A stretch of DNA of 64,000 nucleotides. It comes from an uncultured Acidimicrobiia bacterium (lineage in GTDB: Bacteria > Actinomycetota > Acidimicrobiia > Acidimicrobiales > AC-14). The position numbers and the translations under genes are program-made. This document shows positions 41,592 through 51,485 of the stretch, in pieces. Below the pieces are notes generated by a model. That model saw only the letters and a list, made by a program, of their open reading frames with translations, did not search any database and was not told the origin of the DNA. Position 1 is the first letter of the stretch. Each line of letters begins with the position of its first letter. The DNA is taken from the NCBI GenBank assembly GCA_963836205.1, contig CAWIIV010000019.1:32001-96000 (forward strand), read 5' to 3'.

Positions 41592-42311
41592 ATGGCGGAC
41601 GGGCGTGGTGGGTTCTCGATTTCCCGGTTCGGTCCTGGTGTGCGGCGGGGGTTGTTCGTGGCCGGGCTGGCGGCGGCGCTGCTCGTGGGCGGGCTGCCGG
41701 CAGGGGCCGACGGTCCCGAATCCGGCCTCGACCCGAGTGTGACGCTGACGGTCAACCCCGACGACAACCTGACCGACGGGCAGAGCGTGATGGTGTCGGG
41801 TGCGGGATTCCCGGCCAACGTGCCCGGACTCATCCGGGAGTGCGGGGGGAGCGTGGCCGCGCCCGCGTGCGACACCGTGGTCTCGGGCATCTTCCTCACC
41901 GGCGGCGACGGCACCTTCCCGCCGACTCCGATGACGGTCAACCGGGTCATCACCACCTTCGCCAGCACCACCTTCAACTGCGGCGTCCAGGCGTGTGCCA
42001 TCGTGGCCGACGCCGGTGGCAAGAGCTCCCGGCACCACATCACCTTCGCCGGGGCCGGCACCGTGATCCCCACGACGTCTCCCACGACGGGCCCGCCGCC
42101 GACGACCGCCCCGCCGGCGACGACGATCCCCGGAGCGACGACCCTCCCGCCGCCGACCACGGTCCCGCCGGTGACGACGGTCCCGCCGCCGACCACGATC
42201 CCGATCACCAACCTCCTCTGCGCTCTCCTGCAGCCCATCTCCAACCTGCTGGGCGGCATCCTCAACGGCCTCCTCGCCGCCCTCGGCTGCCCCGTGCCGC
42301 CGGCCGCCTAG
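41592..42311 (+). CDS. Secreted neocarzinostatin-apoprotein-like domain protein with P/T linker and Cys-flanked tail
   Basis: AAGGAGG RBS; signal peptide; LTVNPDDNLTDGQSVMVSGAGF, EC..C, NC..AC; tail NLLCALL...LGCP. Confidence 0.78.
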   Translation: MADGRGGFSISRFGPGVRRGLFVAGLAAALLVGGLPAGADGPESGLDPSVTLTVNPDDNLTDGQSVMVSGAGFPANVPGLIRECGGSVAAPACDTVVSGIFLTGGDGTFPPTPMTVNRVITTFASTTFNCGVQACAIVADAGGKSSRHHITFAGAGTVIPTTSPTTGPPPTTAPPATTIPGATTLPPPTTVPPVTTVPPPTTIPITNLLCALLQPISNLLGGILNGLLAALGCPVPPAA

Positions 42312-42423
42312 GTAACGCGGCCCGCCGAGGGCCTCGACCGCCCGCCGGCGACGAGGCGGTGTCAAGAGACCGGAGAGTGGGCAATCGGTGAGGGAAGCGC
42401 GATTGCGGACGTTGGGAGGACCG

Positions 42424-42789
42424 ATGAGACGAATCTCGAGGCTGCTGGTGGGACTGGTGCTGGCGGCGGGCCTGATGGGCGGGGCCGTGTCACCAGCCTC
42501 GGCCCAGACCAGGCCGTCCGGGACGTGGGTCGGGGTAGTCGAAAGCCACGGAAACCACTTCGACTACGTCGGCCGGCCCTGTCCGGTCGAGGTCGACGTC
42601 TGCATCGCCGTGGTCCACCGGTACCGGATCGCGCCCGTCACCGGGCAGGCGCTGCTGGCCCTTCCGGGGGTGGCCGGCGGCCCCGCCAGCCTCGAGGGAT
42701 ACCTCATCACCCGGGGAGACCGGCAGCACCAGGGCGTCCTGGTCGTCAGCCGGGTGACGCCCGCGCCGGGCCCGGTCGCAGAACTATGA
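42424..42789 (+). CDS. Secreted hypothetical protein
   Basis: GGAGG RBS, signal ending PASA|Q, CPVEVDVC. Confidence 0.7.
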   Translation: MRRISRLLVGLVLAAGLMGGAVSPASAQTRPSGTWVGVVESHGNHFDYVGRPCPVEVDVCIAVVHRYRIAPVTGQALLALPGVAGGPASLEGYLITRGDRQHQGVLVVSRVTPAPGPVAEL

Positions 42790-44901
42790 CTTGAACAGGA
42801 ACTCGGCCTCGGATTCGTCGATCAGGAGGCGGATCTCCTCGGCCAGGAGGGTGTTCTCCTTGAGGCCGGGGTCGGCGTCGACGATCTCGAAGGCCAGCCG
42901 GCGGGCCTGGGCGACCACGTCCCGATCGCGCCGCAACGAGGCCAGCTTGAGGTCGGAGTGGCCCTTCTGGCGGGTGCCGAGCACCGTCCCCTCACCCCGC
43001 AGGTCGAGGTCGACCTCGGCCAGGACGAACCCGTCGGTCGTCTCCTCCAGTGCCTTCAGGCGGGTCTCCGACTCCGGCGTCGAGCCCTCGCCGAACAGGT
43101 AGCACCACGACTGGTCGGACCCGCGCCCCACCCGGCCCCGGAGCTGGTGGAGCTGGGCGATCCCGAACCGGTCGGCGTCCTCCACGATCATCACCGTGGC
43201 GTTCGGCACGTCGACGCCCACCTCGATGACCGTGGTGGCCACCAGCACGTCGAGCTCCCGCTGGCGGAACGCGGTCATCACCGCCTCCTTCTCCTTCGAC
43301 GGCATCTGGCCGTGGAGCAGGCCCAGCCGCAGGTCGGGCCAGACCTCGGCCGCCAGCCGCTCTCGCTCCTCGATGGCCGACCGGGCCTGGATCTTCTCCG
43401 ACTCCTCCACCAGCGGGCACACCACGTACGCCTGGCGCCCGGCCGCGACCTCGTCGGCCACCCGTTGGTGGGCCTCCGCCTCCTCCAGCGGCCCTCTGGC
43501 CCAGTGGGTGGTCACCGGGGTGCGGCCCGGCGGTAGCTCGTCGAGGGTGGTCACGTCGAGGTCGCCGTAGACGGTCATGGCCGCGGTGCGGGGGATCGGC
43601 GTGGCCGTCATCACCAGCACGTCGGGATCGTCGCCCTTGCCCCGCAGGGCGGCCCGCTGCTCGACGCCGAACCGGTGCTGCTCGTCGATCACGATCACCC
43701 CCAGGGCCTTGAACGCCACCCGCTCCTCCAACAGGGCGTGGGTGCCGACCAGCAGGTCGACGTGGCCCTCGGCCAGGTCGGCCAGGATCCGGGTCCGTTC
43801 GCCGGCCGTGGTCCGGTTCGACAGCAGCTCCACCCGCAGGGGCCGGTCACCGGTGAGGGTGCGCTCGTCGGGCACGGTCAGCTCGCCCAGGAGGTGGCGA
43901 AGGCTGACGTCGTGCTGTTCGGCCAGCACCTCGGTGGGGGCCATGAACGCCCCCTGGTACCCGCCCTGCACGGCCGTGAGCAGGGCGGTGAGCGCCACCA
44001 CCGTCTTGCCGCTGCCCACGTCGCCCTGGAGCAGGCGGTGCATGGGATGGGGACCGGCCAGGTCCTTGGTGATCTCGTCGATCGCCCGCCGCTGGGCGCC
44101 GGTGAGGGAGAACGGCAGCACGGTATGGAACTTCGGTACCAGCCGCCCGCCCTCCACCACGTGACGGATGCCCTTCGCCTCCCGCTCGATGGCCCGCTTG
44201 CGCAGGACGAGGGCCACCTGCATGCGGAGCAGCTCGTCGAGCACCAGCCGGCGGCGGGCGGCCTGGGCCGTCTCCATGGAGTCGGGGTTGTGGATGGCGG
44301 TGAAGGCGGTGCGCCGGTCGACCAGGTCGAGGCGGTCGAGCCACGCCTCGGGCAGGGGGTCGGCGAACGGCCCCGCCCGGGCCAGGGCCTCCTCGACGAA
44401 GCCGGCCAGCTCCCAGGTGTAGAGCCCGCCCTCCTTCTTCGACTGCGGGTAGACGGGCACGATCCGCCCGGTGCGGTCGCCCACCAGGTCGACCACCGGG
44501 TTGGTCATCTGGCGCCGGTCGCGGAAGCGCTCGAGCTTGCCGAAGAACACGGCCTGGGTGCCGGCGCCGAGCTGCTTGGCCCGCCAGCCCTGGTTGAAGA
44601 ACACCACGTGGAGGTAGCTGGACCCGTCGAAGACGTCGACCTCGACGATCATCTTCCCCTGGCGGGTCCGGCGGGACTTCACCCGCTTCACCATGGCCAG
44701 CACGGCCGCCTCGTCCCCCACCTTGAGATCGGCGATGTCGGACTGGCGGGTGCGGTCGACGTAGCGCCGGGGGTAGTGGGTGAGCAGGTCGAGGACGGTG
44801 TTGATCTCCATGGCCGCCAGGGCGTCGAGCTTCTTGACGCCGACCCCCTTCAGCTCGCCGACCGGAATGGCCGCCAACTGCGCCAACCGCCGCCCGGTCA
44901 C
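42784..44901 (-). CDS. recG: ATP-dependent DNA helicase RecG
   Basis: RLLQGDVGSGKT, MAPTEVLAEQH, DEQHRFG, MTATPIPRT, QLHQLRGRVGR. Confidence 0.97.
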   Translation of the reverse strand: MTGRRLAQLAAIPVGELKGVGVKKLDALAAMEINTVLDLLTHYPRRYVDRTRQSDIADLKVGDEAAVLAMVKRVKSRRTRQGKMIVEVDVFDGSSYLHVVFFNQGWRAKQLGAGTQAVFFGKLERFRDRRQMTNPVVDLVGDRTGRIVPVYPQSKKEGGLYTWELAGFVEEALARAGPFADPLPEAWLDRLDLVDRRTAFTAIHNPDSMETAQAARRRLVLDELLRMQVALVLRKRAIEREAKGIRHVVEGGRLVPKFHTVLPFSLTGAQRRAIDEITKDLAGPHPMHRLLQGDVGSGKTVVALTALLTAVQGGYQGAFMAPTEVLAEQHDVSLRHLLGELTVPDERTLTGDRPLRVELLSNRTTAGERTRILADLAEGHVDLLVGTHALLEERVAFKALGVIVIDEQHRFGVEQRAALRGKGDDPDVLVMTATPIPRTAAMTVYGDLDVTTLDELPPGRTPVTTHWARGPLEEAEAHQRVADEVAAGRQAYVVCPLVEESEKIQARSAIEERERLAAEVWPDLRLGLLHGQMPSKEKEAVMTAFRQRELDVLVATTVIEVGVDVPNATVMIVEDADRFGIAQLHQLRGRVGRGSDQSWCYLFGEGSTPESETRLKALEETTDGFVLAEVDLDLRGEGTVLGTRQKGHSDLKLASLRRDRDVVAQARRLAFEIVDADPGLKENTLLAEEIRLLIDESEAEFLFKS

Positions 44902-44917
44902 CCCGCGCCGCCCGTTG

Positions 44918-45346
44918 TCAGAGCCCGGCCTCCGGGTGGTCAGGATGGCGAACGGCGCGCACCCGGAGACCGTCGATTCCGGCAAAGTCTCGGGGGTTGC
45001 AGGTGTAGAGGGGGAGGTCGTTGGCCAGGGCGACGGCGGCGATCATGGCGTCGAAGGCTCGTGCAGCAGCCTTGCGGCCGGACTGGCGGAGCGCGGCGGA
45101 GACCACACCGAAGGCGCGGGCAGCCGCGGCATCGAACGGCAAGGGCTCGAACGTCGACTCCGCCTCCTGGAGCCTGATCTGGCGGGCGGCGCGCTCTGCC
45201 GGGTCGATGGCCGTCAGCGGGCCGACTGACAGCTCCGCAAGGGTGATCGCAGTGATGACCGGTCGTGTCGGGAGGACACCGCGGTCGAGGCGGTCGATCA
45301 GCACGAGCGTGCTGGTGTCGAGCACCCCGACCGTTTCCGCGGTCAC
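44918..45346 (-). CDS. vapC: VapC (PIN) toxin
   Basis: VLDTST, ITLAELSVG, FDAMIAAVA, LYTCNPRDF. Confidence 0.92.
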   Translation of the reverse strand: MTAETVGVLDTSTLVLIDRLDRGVLPTRPVITAITLAELSVGPLTAIDPAERAARQIRLQEAESTFEPLPFDAAAARAFGVVSAALRQSGRKAAARAFDAMIAAVALANDLPLYTCNPRDFAGIDGLRVRAVRHPDHPEAGL

Positions 45347-45579
45347 AGCGACTGGTCGATGAGCGCATCGATGTCGGCTCGAAGTCGTTCGGGATCGACC
45401 GGAGGGAGCCCGCGGAAGCGCGCGATCACAGTCGCCGCATCGAGAGGCCGGCGGGGCAGCGGCCGCAGCTCCGCCACCGGCTCGCCATCACGCGTGATGG
45501 TGATCCGCTCGCCGGCTCGGACCCTGTCGATCACCTCCCCGCCGTGGTTCCGCAGGTCCCTGATCGTCACCTCTGCCAT
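45343..45579 (-). CDS. Phd/YefM family antitoxin
   Basis: VTIRDLRNHGGEVIDRVRAGERITITRDGEPVAELRP; overlaps vapC start. Confidence 0.92.
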   Translation of the reverse strand: MAEVTIRDLRNHGGEVIDRVRAGERITITRDGEPVAELRPLPRRPLDAATVIARFRGLPPVDPERLRADIDALIDQSL

Positions 45580-45589
45580 GCCCCCAGAC

Positions 45590-45607
45590 GGTATCACCGG
45601 TGATACC
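45590..45607. promoter_or_regulatory. Perfect 18-bp palindrome, probable TA autorepression operator
   Basis: GGTATCACCGGTGATACC 11 bp upstream of the antitoxin ATG. Confidence 0.75.
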
Positions 45608-45616
45608 AGCCCCGAG

Positions 45617-47260
45617 TCACTCGATGGAGAAGAGGTAGGCCGACAGCGGGAGGCGCCAGCGTTGCACCTCGACGCTCACGTGGGCCCGGTTGCCGGCCAG
45701 CCACTGCTCGACGGCGGCGGTGGTGTCGTCGGGCGTCGACTCCCCCACGAACACGGTGACCAGCTCGTGGCCGCTCTCGACCAGCCGGTCGAGGAGTCGC
45801 GTCGCACACGTGGCCAGGTCGGGGTGGACGACCACGATCTCCTCGTCGGCCAGGCCCAGCCAGTCGCCCTCGTTGATCTCGCCCGAGTCCCGCACCGCCC
45901 ACGTGACCTGCCCCGACACCACCTGGGAGGCCGCCGCCTCCATGGCCTTGGCGTTGGCGTCGGCCGTTGCGTCGGGGTCGTAGGCGAGCATGGCCGCCAG
46001 CCCCGTCACCATCCCCCGGGTGGGCACGACCCGCACCGGCTTGGACGCGAGGGCCGCCGCCTGCCCCGCCACCGGCACGATGTTCTTGTTGTTGGGGAGC
46101 AGGATCACCTCGTCGGCGTCGGTGGCCTCGATGGCGTCGAGCAGGTCGGCGGTGGACGGGTTCATGGTCTGACCACCCACGACCACCTCCTGGACGCCCA
46201 TCGACCGGAAGCCGTCGCGGACGTCGTCGCCCAGGGCCACGGCCACGACCGCGGTGGTGACGCTCGGGCGCAGGGCCGCGCCGCCCAGGCCCTGGCGGAC
46301 CCACCGCTCCTCCTCCACCTGGCCGGCCAGGTCGGTGACCCGGATCTGGCGGGGACGACCGGCCTCGATGCCCGCCTCGATCGACGCGCCGATGTCGTCG
46401 GAGTGGATGTGACAGTTCCACAGCCCGTCGCCGCCGACGATCACGATCGACTCGCCGATGTCCATCCACGTGGCCTTGAAGGCGTCGATCTTCTCGTCGG
46501 GCGCCTCCAGCAGGTACATGACCTCGTACCGGGGACCGTCCATCCCGCCGTCGCCGCCGCCGGGCTCGCCGCCGGCGCCGTGGCCGACCGCGATCGACGG
46601 CTCGGCCTCGCCCTCGGGCGCCTCCGGCACCGGCCGGCCGTCGACCACCTGGAGGAGGGCGTCGAGGAAGAGGACGAACCCGGCGCCCCCGGCGTCGACC
46701 ACGCCCGCCTCCTTCAGCACCGGGAGCAGTTCAGGCGTGCGGGCGAGGGCGTCACGGGCGGACCGGACGGCCGCGTCGAGCACGTCCACCAGCGTCTTCT
46801 CGCCGGCCGCCACCGCCACCGCCGCCTCCGATGCCTCACGCACCACCGTGAGGATGGTCCCCTCGACCGGACGCATGACCGCGGCGTAGGCCGCGGTGCT
46901 GGCCTCGGCCAGGGCCGCGGCCACCGAGGCCCCGTCGGCCTCGTCGTCGTCGTCGAGCCGGTGGCAGAGTCCCCGCAGAACCTGGGACAGGATCACGCCA
47001 GAGTTGCCCCGGGCGCCCATGAGCGACCCGTGGGAGATGGCCTTGCAGGTGGCGACCATGTCGCGGTCGGCCTCGGTCACCCCGTCGAGGGCGGTCACCA
47101 CCGACTCGAGGGTGAGGGCCATGTTGGTGCCGGTGTCGCCGTCGGGGACGGGATAGACGTTGAGCCGGTTCAGCCGCTGCTGGTGGGCCCGCAGCGCATC
47201 GCGGAAACCCACCACAGCCGCCCGCAGATGCGTGTGGTCGAGCCGGTCGACCACACTCAT
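45617..47260 (-). CDS. DAK2 domain protein (fatty acid kinase FakA-like)
   Basis: LNVYPVPDGDTGTNM, GARGNSGVILSQ, PVEGTILTV, VVDAGG, GGQTMNPST, LPNNKNI. Confidence 0.93.
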   Translation of the reverse strand: MSVVDRLDHTHLRAAVVGFRDALRAHQQRLNRLNVYPVPDGDTGTNMALTLESVVTALDGVTEADRDMVATCKAISHGSLMGARGNSGVILSQVLRGLCHRLDDDDEADGASVAAALAEASTAAYAAVMRPVEGTILTVVREASEAAVAVAAGEKTLVDVLDAAVRSARDALARTPELLPVLKEAGVVDAGGAGFVLFLDALLQVVDGRPVPEAPEGEAEPSIAVGHGAGGEPGGGDGGMDGPRYEVMYLLEAPDEKIDAFKATWMDIGESIVIVGGDGLWNCHIHSDDIGASIEAGIEAGRPRQIRVTDLAGQVEEERWVRQGLGGAALRPSVTTAVVAVALGDDVRDGFRSMGVQEVVVGGQTMNPSTADLLDAIEATDADEVILLPNNKNIVPVAGQAAALASKPVRVVPTRGMVTGLAAMLAYDPDATADANAKAMEAAASQVVSGQVTWAVRDSGEINEGDWLGLADEEIVVVHPDLATCATRLLDRLVESGHELVTVFVGESTPDDTTAAVEQWLAGNRAHVSVEVQRWRLPLSAYLFSIE

Positions 47261-47317
47261 TGGACCCCCATCGGTCGGATCGTAGACGTATCGGCGCTGC
47301 TGGTACCGTGTCTCCCG

Positions 47318-47512
47318 ATGGCTTCTGTGTGTCAGATCTGCGGCAAGCACCCCTCTTTCGGGATGAGCGTGAGTCACTCCCACCGGCGCAACAAGCGTCG
47401 GTGGAACCCCAACATCCAACGGGTGCGGGCGATCGTGGCCGGCTCACCGAGGCGCGTGTCGGTCTGCACCTCGTGCATCAAGGCGGGCAAGATCACCAAG
47501 CGAGTCAGCTAG
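47318..47512 (+). CDS. rpmB: 50S ribosomal protein L28 (zinc-ribbon type)
   Basis: CQICGK..VSHSHRRNKRRWNPNIQ..CTSCIKAGK. Confidence 0.96.
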   Translation: MASVCQICGKHPSFGMSVSHSHRRNKRRWNPNIQRVRAIVAGSPRRVSVCTSCIKAGKITKRVS

Positions 47513-47540
47513 CCGAAGGACGCCGCCCTCGCCGTCAGGC

Positions 47541-48683
47541 TTACGGGCGAAGGGTGGCGGCCAGGCCGGCGTGGTCCGAGGGCCACAGGCCGCTCGGGGT
47601 GCGATCGTCGGGATCCGTGCCGGAGAGGCGGGACTTCTTGACGTCGACCTCGCCCAGGGTCATCACGTGGTCGACCCGGTGCTCCAACGCACCCTCGGCG
47701 CTGGGATCGGTCAGCAGCTCGTTGAAGCCGGCGGTGAAGCCGGGGTCGCCGGGATGGGCCACCGCCCAGGTGTCGACCAGGCCGAAGGCGACGAGCGCGT
47801 CGAACGCCAGCCGGTTGGCCGGCACCGGGAGCTCCGGGCCCGAGTTGAGGTCGCCGACGAGGATCACCTGCCCGGGTGCCGAGCCCACCGGTCCCGCGGC
47901 CGCGAGCAGCTCCTGCGCCTGCTGCAGGCGGATCCCGGGGTGGAAGGCCTCGAGATGGGTGTTGACGAAGCGGAACAAGTGCTTGTTCACCTCGGCGTCG
48001 ACCGACACCCATCCCCGGTTCACCACGAACTGCAGGCCGGTGCCGGTGGTGACGACCAGGCGGGCCGTGAAGTTGGCCGACTGGGCGTTGGTCAGCGTGA
48101 CGTCGTCGTTCCCGTCCGCTCGGACCAGGATGGCGTCCTGCTGGAGGAGGCGGATGTCCCGCCCGTAGGGAGCGCCTGCGGGTGCCTCGATGTCGGCCTC
48201 CGGCTGCACCTTCACCACGTCGTAGGGAGCGCCGATGGCGGCCAGCTCCTGGCGGAGGATGGCGATGAAGTCGTACTCGACGGTGGTCGCCGGGGCCGGG
48301 TCGTTGAAGGGCCCGCTGTACCAGACCGCGGCCTCCTGGACGCCGAGCAGCACCGGGTCGGCGTCGGCGATCTCCCGGGCCAGCGCCTTCGCCCGCTCGG
48401 GGAAGTTCGTCTGCTGCATGACCGAGAAGATGTGGGCGGTGGCGGCCAGCAGCAGCGGCACCGAGGTCGCCCCGATGGCGGGATCGAGGTTCGCCCCCAG
48501 GTAGAGGTTCCGGGTCATGACCGTGATCGGACGGCGGCCCTTGGCCTGGGCCGGCGCCGCCAGCAGCCCCGCCGCCACCAGACCGAGGGTGAGGGTCGCC
48601 CCGAGCAACCGCCGGAGGGTCCGTACGCGGTTCAGCACCGCCAGAATTCCAAGGCTCGCCCTGTCCGTTCCACGCCGGGACAT
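47541..48683 (-). CDS. Secreted endonuclease/exonuclease/phosphatase family protein
   Basis: Signal ending PAQA; VMTRNLYLG, GVQE, NTHLE, GDLNS, RVDHV, PSDH. Confidence 0.88.
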   Translation of the reverse strand: MSRRGTDRASLGILAVLNRVRTLRRLLGATLTLGLVAAGLLAAPAQAKGRRPITVMTRNLYLGANLDPAIGATSVPLLLAATAHIFSVMQQTNFPERAKALAREIADADPVLLGVQEAAVWYSGPFNDPAPATTVEYDFIAILRQELAAIGAPYDVVKVQPEADIEAPAGAPYGRDIRLLQQDAILVRADGNDDVTLTNAQSANFTARLVVTTGTGLQFVVNRGWVSVDAEVNKHLFRFVNTHLEAFHPGIRLQQAQELLAAAGPVGSAPGQVILVGDLNSGPELPVPANRLAFDALVAFGLVDTWAVAHPGDPGFTAGFNELLTDPSAEGALEHRVDHVMTLGEVDVKKSRLSGTDPDDRTPSGLWPSDHAGLAATLRP

Positions 48684-48702
48684 CTACCCGAGGATACCGC
48701 CG

Positions 48703-49482
48703 TCACCCCGGCTTGGTATCCGGTCGGCCCGGTGGGAGCGATCGGCGCTCCATGTCGTCGAGCATCGCCTCCAGGGCGACCTCGATGTCGTCCACCCGCG
48801 TGCGGTAGTACCTCGCGCCCATTCCGTAGCCGGCGGCGGCCGCCCCCACCCCGGCCGGCGCCGCCATCAGCAGCAGCGGGTCGCCGAGGACGGCGAGGAC
48901 CACCGCCCCGCCGGTCATGGCCGCCCCCACCGCGCCGCCGGTGGCCACCAGGGCGCCCCGGTCCCGGCAGATGCGGCTGACGTCGGCCTGCACCACCACC
49001 AGCACCCGCCGGCCGTCGGAGCCCGGCTCCGCGGTCACGCCCACCTCCACCCGGCGCACCTCGGACAGCGACAGCCGCTTCTGGATCGACTTGTCGACCT
49101 TGCGGCGCACGCTCGCCCGCAAGTCGTCGCGCCGGGCCCACGACGCGTGGTCGCCCTGCTCCCGCCGCACCCGGAACAGCTCCCGGCCGAGGTGGCCCCG
49201 CAGCCGCGCCCGCACGTCGGCCTCGGGACCGGGGACGGTGCGGCGCACGGTGACCGTGGCCGGGCCGAGGATGCGGCGGGAGGGGACGGCCCCCACTGCC
49301 TGGAGCACCCCCAGCCGCAGCTCGGCCAAGGCGGCCTGGACCGACTGGCGGGACAGGCCCGCCTCCACCGCGGACTCCTCCACCGTGGCCACGTCGAGGC
49401 CGGGCCCGTCGCCGTCGGCCGTGAGGTCGAGCTCCGCCGCCCGCCGCAGGACGAGCGCCACCTCCTGCTCGCTGAGGTCCAT
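48703..49482 (-). CDS. Hypothetical membrane protein
   Basis: SEQEVALVLRRAAELD, AVEAGLS; two C-terminal TM helices. Confidence 0.72.
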   Translation of the reverse strand: MDLSEQEVALVLRRAAELDLTADGDGPGLDVATVEESAVEAGLSRQSVQAALAELRLGVLQAVGAVPSRRILGPATVTVRRTVPGPEADVRARLRGHLGRELFRVRREQGDHASWARRDDLRASVRRKVDKSIQKRLSLSEVRRVEVGVTAEPGSDGRRVLVVVQADVSRICRDRGALVATGGAVGAAMTGGAVVLAVLGDPLLLMAAPAGVGAAAAGYGMGARYYRTRVDDIEVALEAMLDDMERRSLPPGRPDTKPG

Positions 49483-49511
49483 CCCCAGGGACGGTACCGG
49501 GGACCGGCGGC

Positions 49512-50543
49512 CTAGCCGGCGCCCTCGGCCAGCTGGTTGAGGACCTTCACCTGGCCCACCGCGATCACCACGTCGCCCTCCCCGATGAGGCTCTCGGCCA
49601 GCGGCGGGACCAGTAGCTCCCCGCCCGGGCGCTTCAGGGCCAGCAGCATCACCCCCTGGTAGGGCCGGCACACGTCGCGCACCTCCCGTCCCGCGAACGG
49701 CGACCCCGTCCCGATGACGAGCTCCTCGATGCGCAGGTCGGGGGCCACGCTGATCATGTCGACGAACTCGATCATCGCCGGCTGCATCGAAAGGGAGGCC
49801 ATCCGCACCCCGCTCAGCGAGTAGGGGGAGATGATCCGGTTGCTCCCCGCCCGCCGCAGCTTGTCGACCGACTCCGGCCGGGACGACCGAGACACGATGA
49901 AGAGCGCCGGGTTGAGCGAGCGGGCGGTGAGGGTGATGTAGACGTTCACCGCGTCCGAGTCGACCGCGCACAGCAGGGCCTTGGCCCGGTGGATGCCGGC
50001 CTGCTCGAGGATGGCGTCGTCGGTGGGGTCGCCCATGATGTACGTCATCCCGTCCTCGGCCAGCCTCGCCTCGAGGTCCTCCAGGATCTCGATGACGACC
50101 ACCTGCTGGCCCTGGCGGGTGAGCTCCTCGGCCGCGGCCCGGCCCACCCGTCCGTAGGCGCAGATGATGTAGTGCCCGTCGAGGGCGTCGAGCCGGCTGC
50201 GCATGCTTCTCCTCTTCAGGGACAGGCCGAGCTCGCCGCTGGCCAGGGCGCTGGTGAACGCCCCGATCAGGATGAACACGGCGCCGACGCCGATGGTGAT
50301 CAGCGTCAGGGTGAAAATCCGCCCGCCCGGGCTCAGGGGGTGGATCTCGCCGTAACCGACCGTCACCAGGGTGGTGACGGTCATGTAGACGGCGTCGAGC
50401 AGGTTGAAGTGCTCGATGACCATGTAGCCGGCGGTGCCGTAGACGAGGGCGAAGGCCAGCAGGCCGGCCGGCAGCCGCATGCGCCGGACCATGATGTGGG
50501 CCGCGCCTCGGTCGGTGTCGGTGCGGCGCCGGCGGGGGCCCAT
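49512..50543 (-). CDS. Potassium channel with RCK (TrkA-N/C) domain
   Basis: TVGYG selectivity filter, CAYGRVG, GDPTD..AGI..A. Confidence 0.92.
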   Translation of the reverse strand: MGPRRRRTDTDRGAAHIMVRRMRLPAGLLAFALVYGTAGYMVIEHFNLLDAVYMTVTTLVTVGYGEIHPLSPGGRIFTLTLITIGVGAVFILIGAFTSALASGELGLSLKRRSMRSRLDALDGHYIICAYGRVGRAAAEELTRQGQQVVVIEILEDLEARLAEDGMTYIMGDPTDDAILEQAGIHRAKALLCAVDSDAVNVYITLTARSLNPALFIVSRSSRPESVDKLRRAGSNRIISPYSLSGVRMASLSMQPAMIEFVDMISVAPDLRIEELVIGTGSPFAGREVRDVCRPYQGVMLLALKRPGGELLVPPLAESLIGEGDVVIAVGQVKVLNQLAEGAG

Positions 50544-50601
50544 GGCGCAGTTCTAGACGGACGGCCGCCCGGCCGCTACCGGGGGCGACCGATGGGGCCG
50601 G

Positions 50602-51412
50602 CTAGCGGAGTCGGTCCCAGCCGGGGTCGACCGGGCCGACGCCGCTGCCGAGGGCCACGCCCGCCCCGATGGCCCGCTCGACGAAGCGCTTGGCGGCCAC
50701 GCAGGCGTCGGCCGGCTCCATCCCCCGGGCCAGCTCGGCGGCGATGGCAGCCGAGAGCACGCAGCCGGTTCCGTGGGTGTGACGCCCGGGGAGACGGGGG
50801 CCGTCGAGCCACAACGGGCCGTGCGGCGTCGGCCACCAGCAGGCAGTCGGGCGAACGTTCGCCGTCGGCCAGATGGCCACCCTTGACCAGGACGACCTCC
50901 GCCCCCAGGTCGACGAGGGTCCGGGCCGCGGCCTCCATGTCGTCCCGGGTGCGCACGGGGAAGCCCACCAGGGCCTCGGCCTCCGGGAGGTTGGGCGTGA
51001 GCACCGCCGCCAGAGGGATGAGCAGGGTGCGGATCGCGTCGACGGCGTCGGGGGCGAGGAGGCGGTCGCCGTGCTTCGACACCAGGACCGGGTCGACCAC
51101 CAGCGGACCGACGCCCAGCTGGACCACCGTGGTGGCCACCGACTCCACCACCTCGGCCGACGCCAACATGCCGGTCTTGGCCGCGTCGACGCCGATATCG
51201 GCCGCCACCGAGGCGATCTGGGCCCGGACCAGCTCGGGCGTGACCGCCTCGAAGGCCTGCACGCCGAGCGTGTTCTGGGCCGTCACCGCGGTGATGGCCA
51301 CCGTCCCCCACACCCCGTGGGCCTCGAACGTCTTCAGGTCGGCCACCACCCCCGCCCCCCCTCCCGAGTCCGTACCGGCAATGGTGAGGGCCACGGGCCG
51401 CCGAGGGCTCAT
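50602..51412 (-). CDS. thiD: HMP/HMP-P kinase; apparent frameshift ~50830
   Basis: LTIAGTDSGGGAG, TAQNT, KTGML, TPNLPEA, KGGH; HGTGCVLS in second frame. Confidence 0.93.
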
Positions 51413-51426
51413 CGCCTCCCCCAGCT

Positions 51427-51466
51427 GGTGACGTTTCTGGTGGCCCCAGCCACCAGAAACGTCACC
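51427..51466. repeat. Perfect 18-bp stem-loop (REP-like) between thiL and thiD
   Basis: GGTGACGTTTCTGGTGGC-ccca-GCCACCAGAAACGTCACC. Confidence 0.85.
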
Positions 51467-51485
51467 GGTTCGCTCATGGCGGACG

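Noticed and set aside
41592-42311. Enediyne biosynthetic cluster
   Set aside because: Only an apoprotein-like Ig fold; no PKS or tailoring genes nearby.
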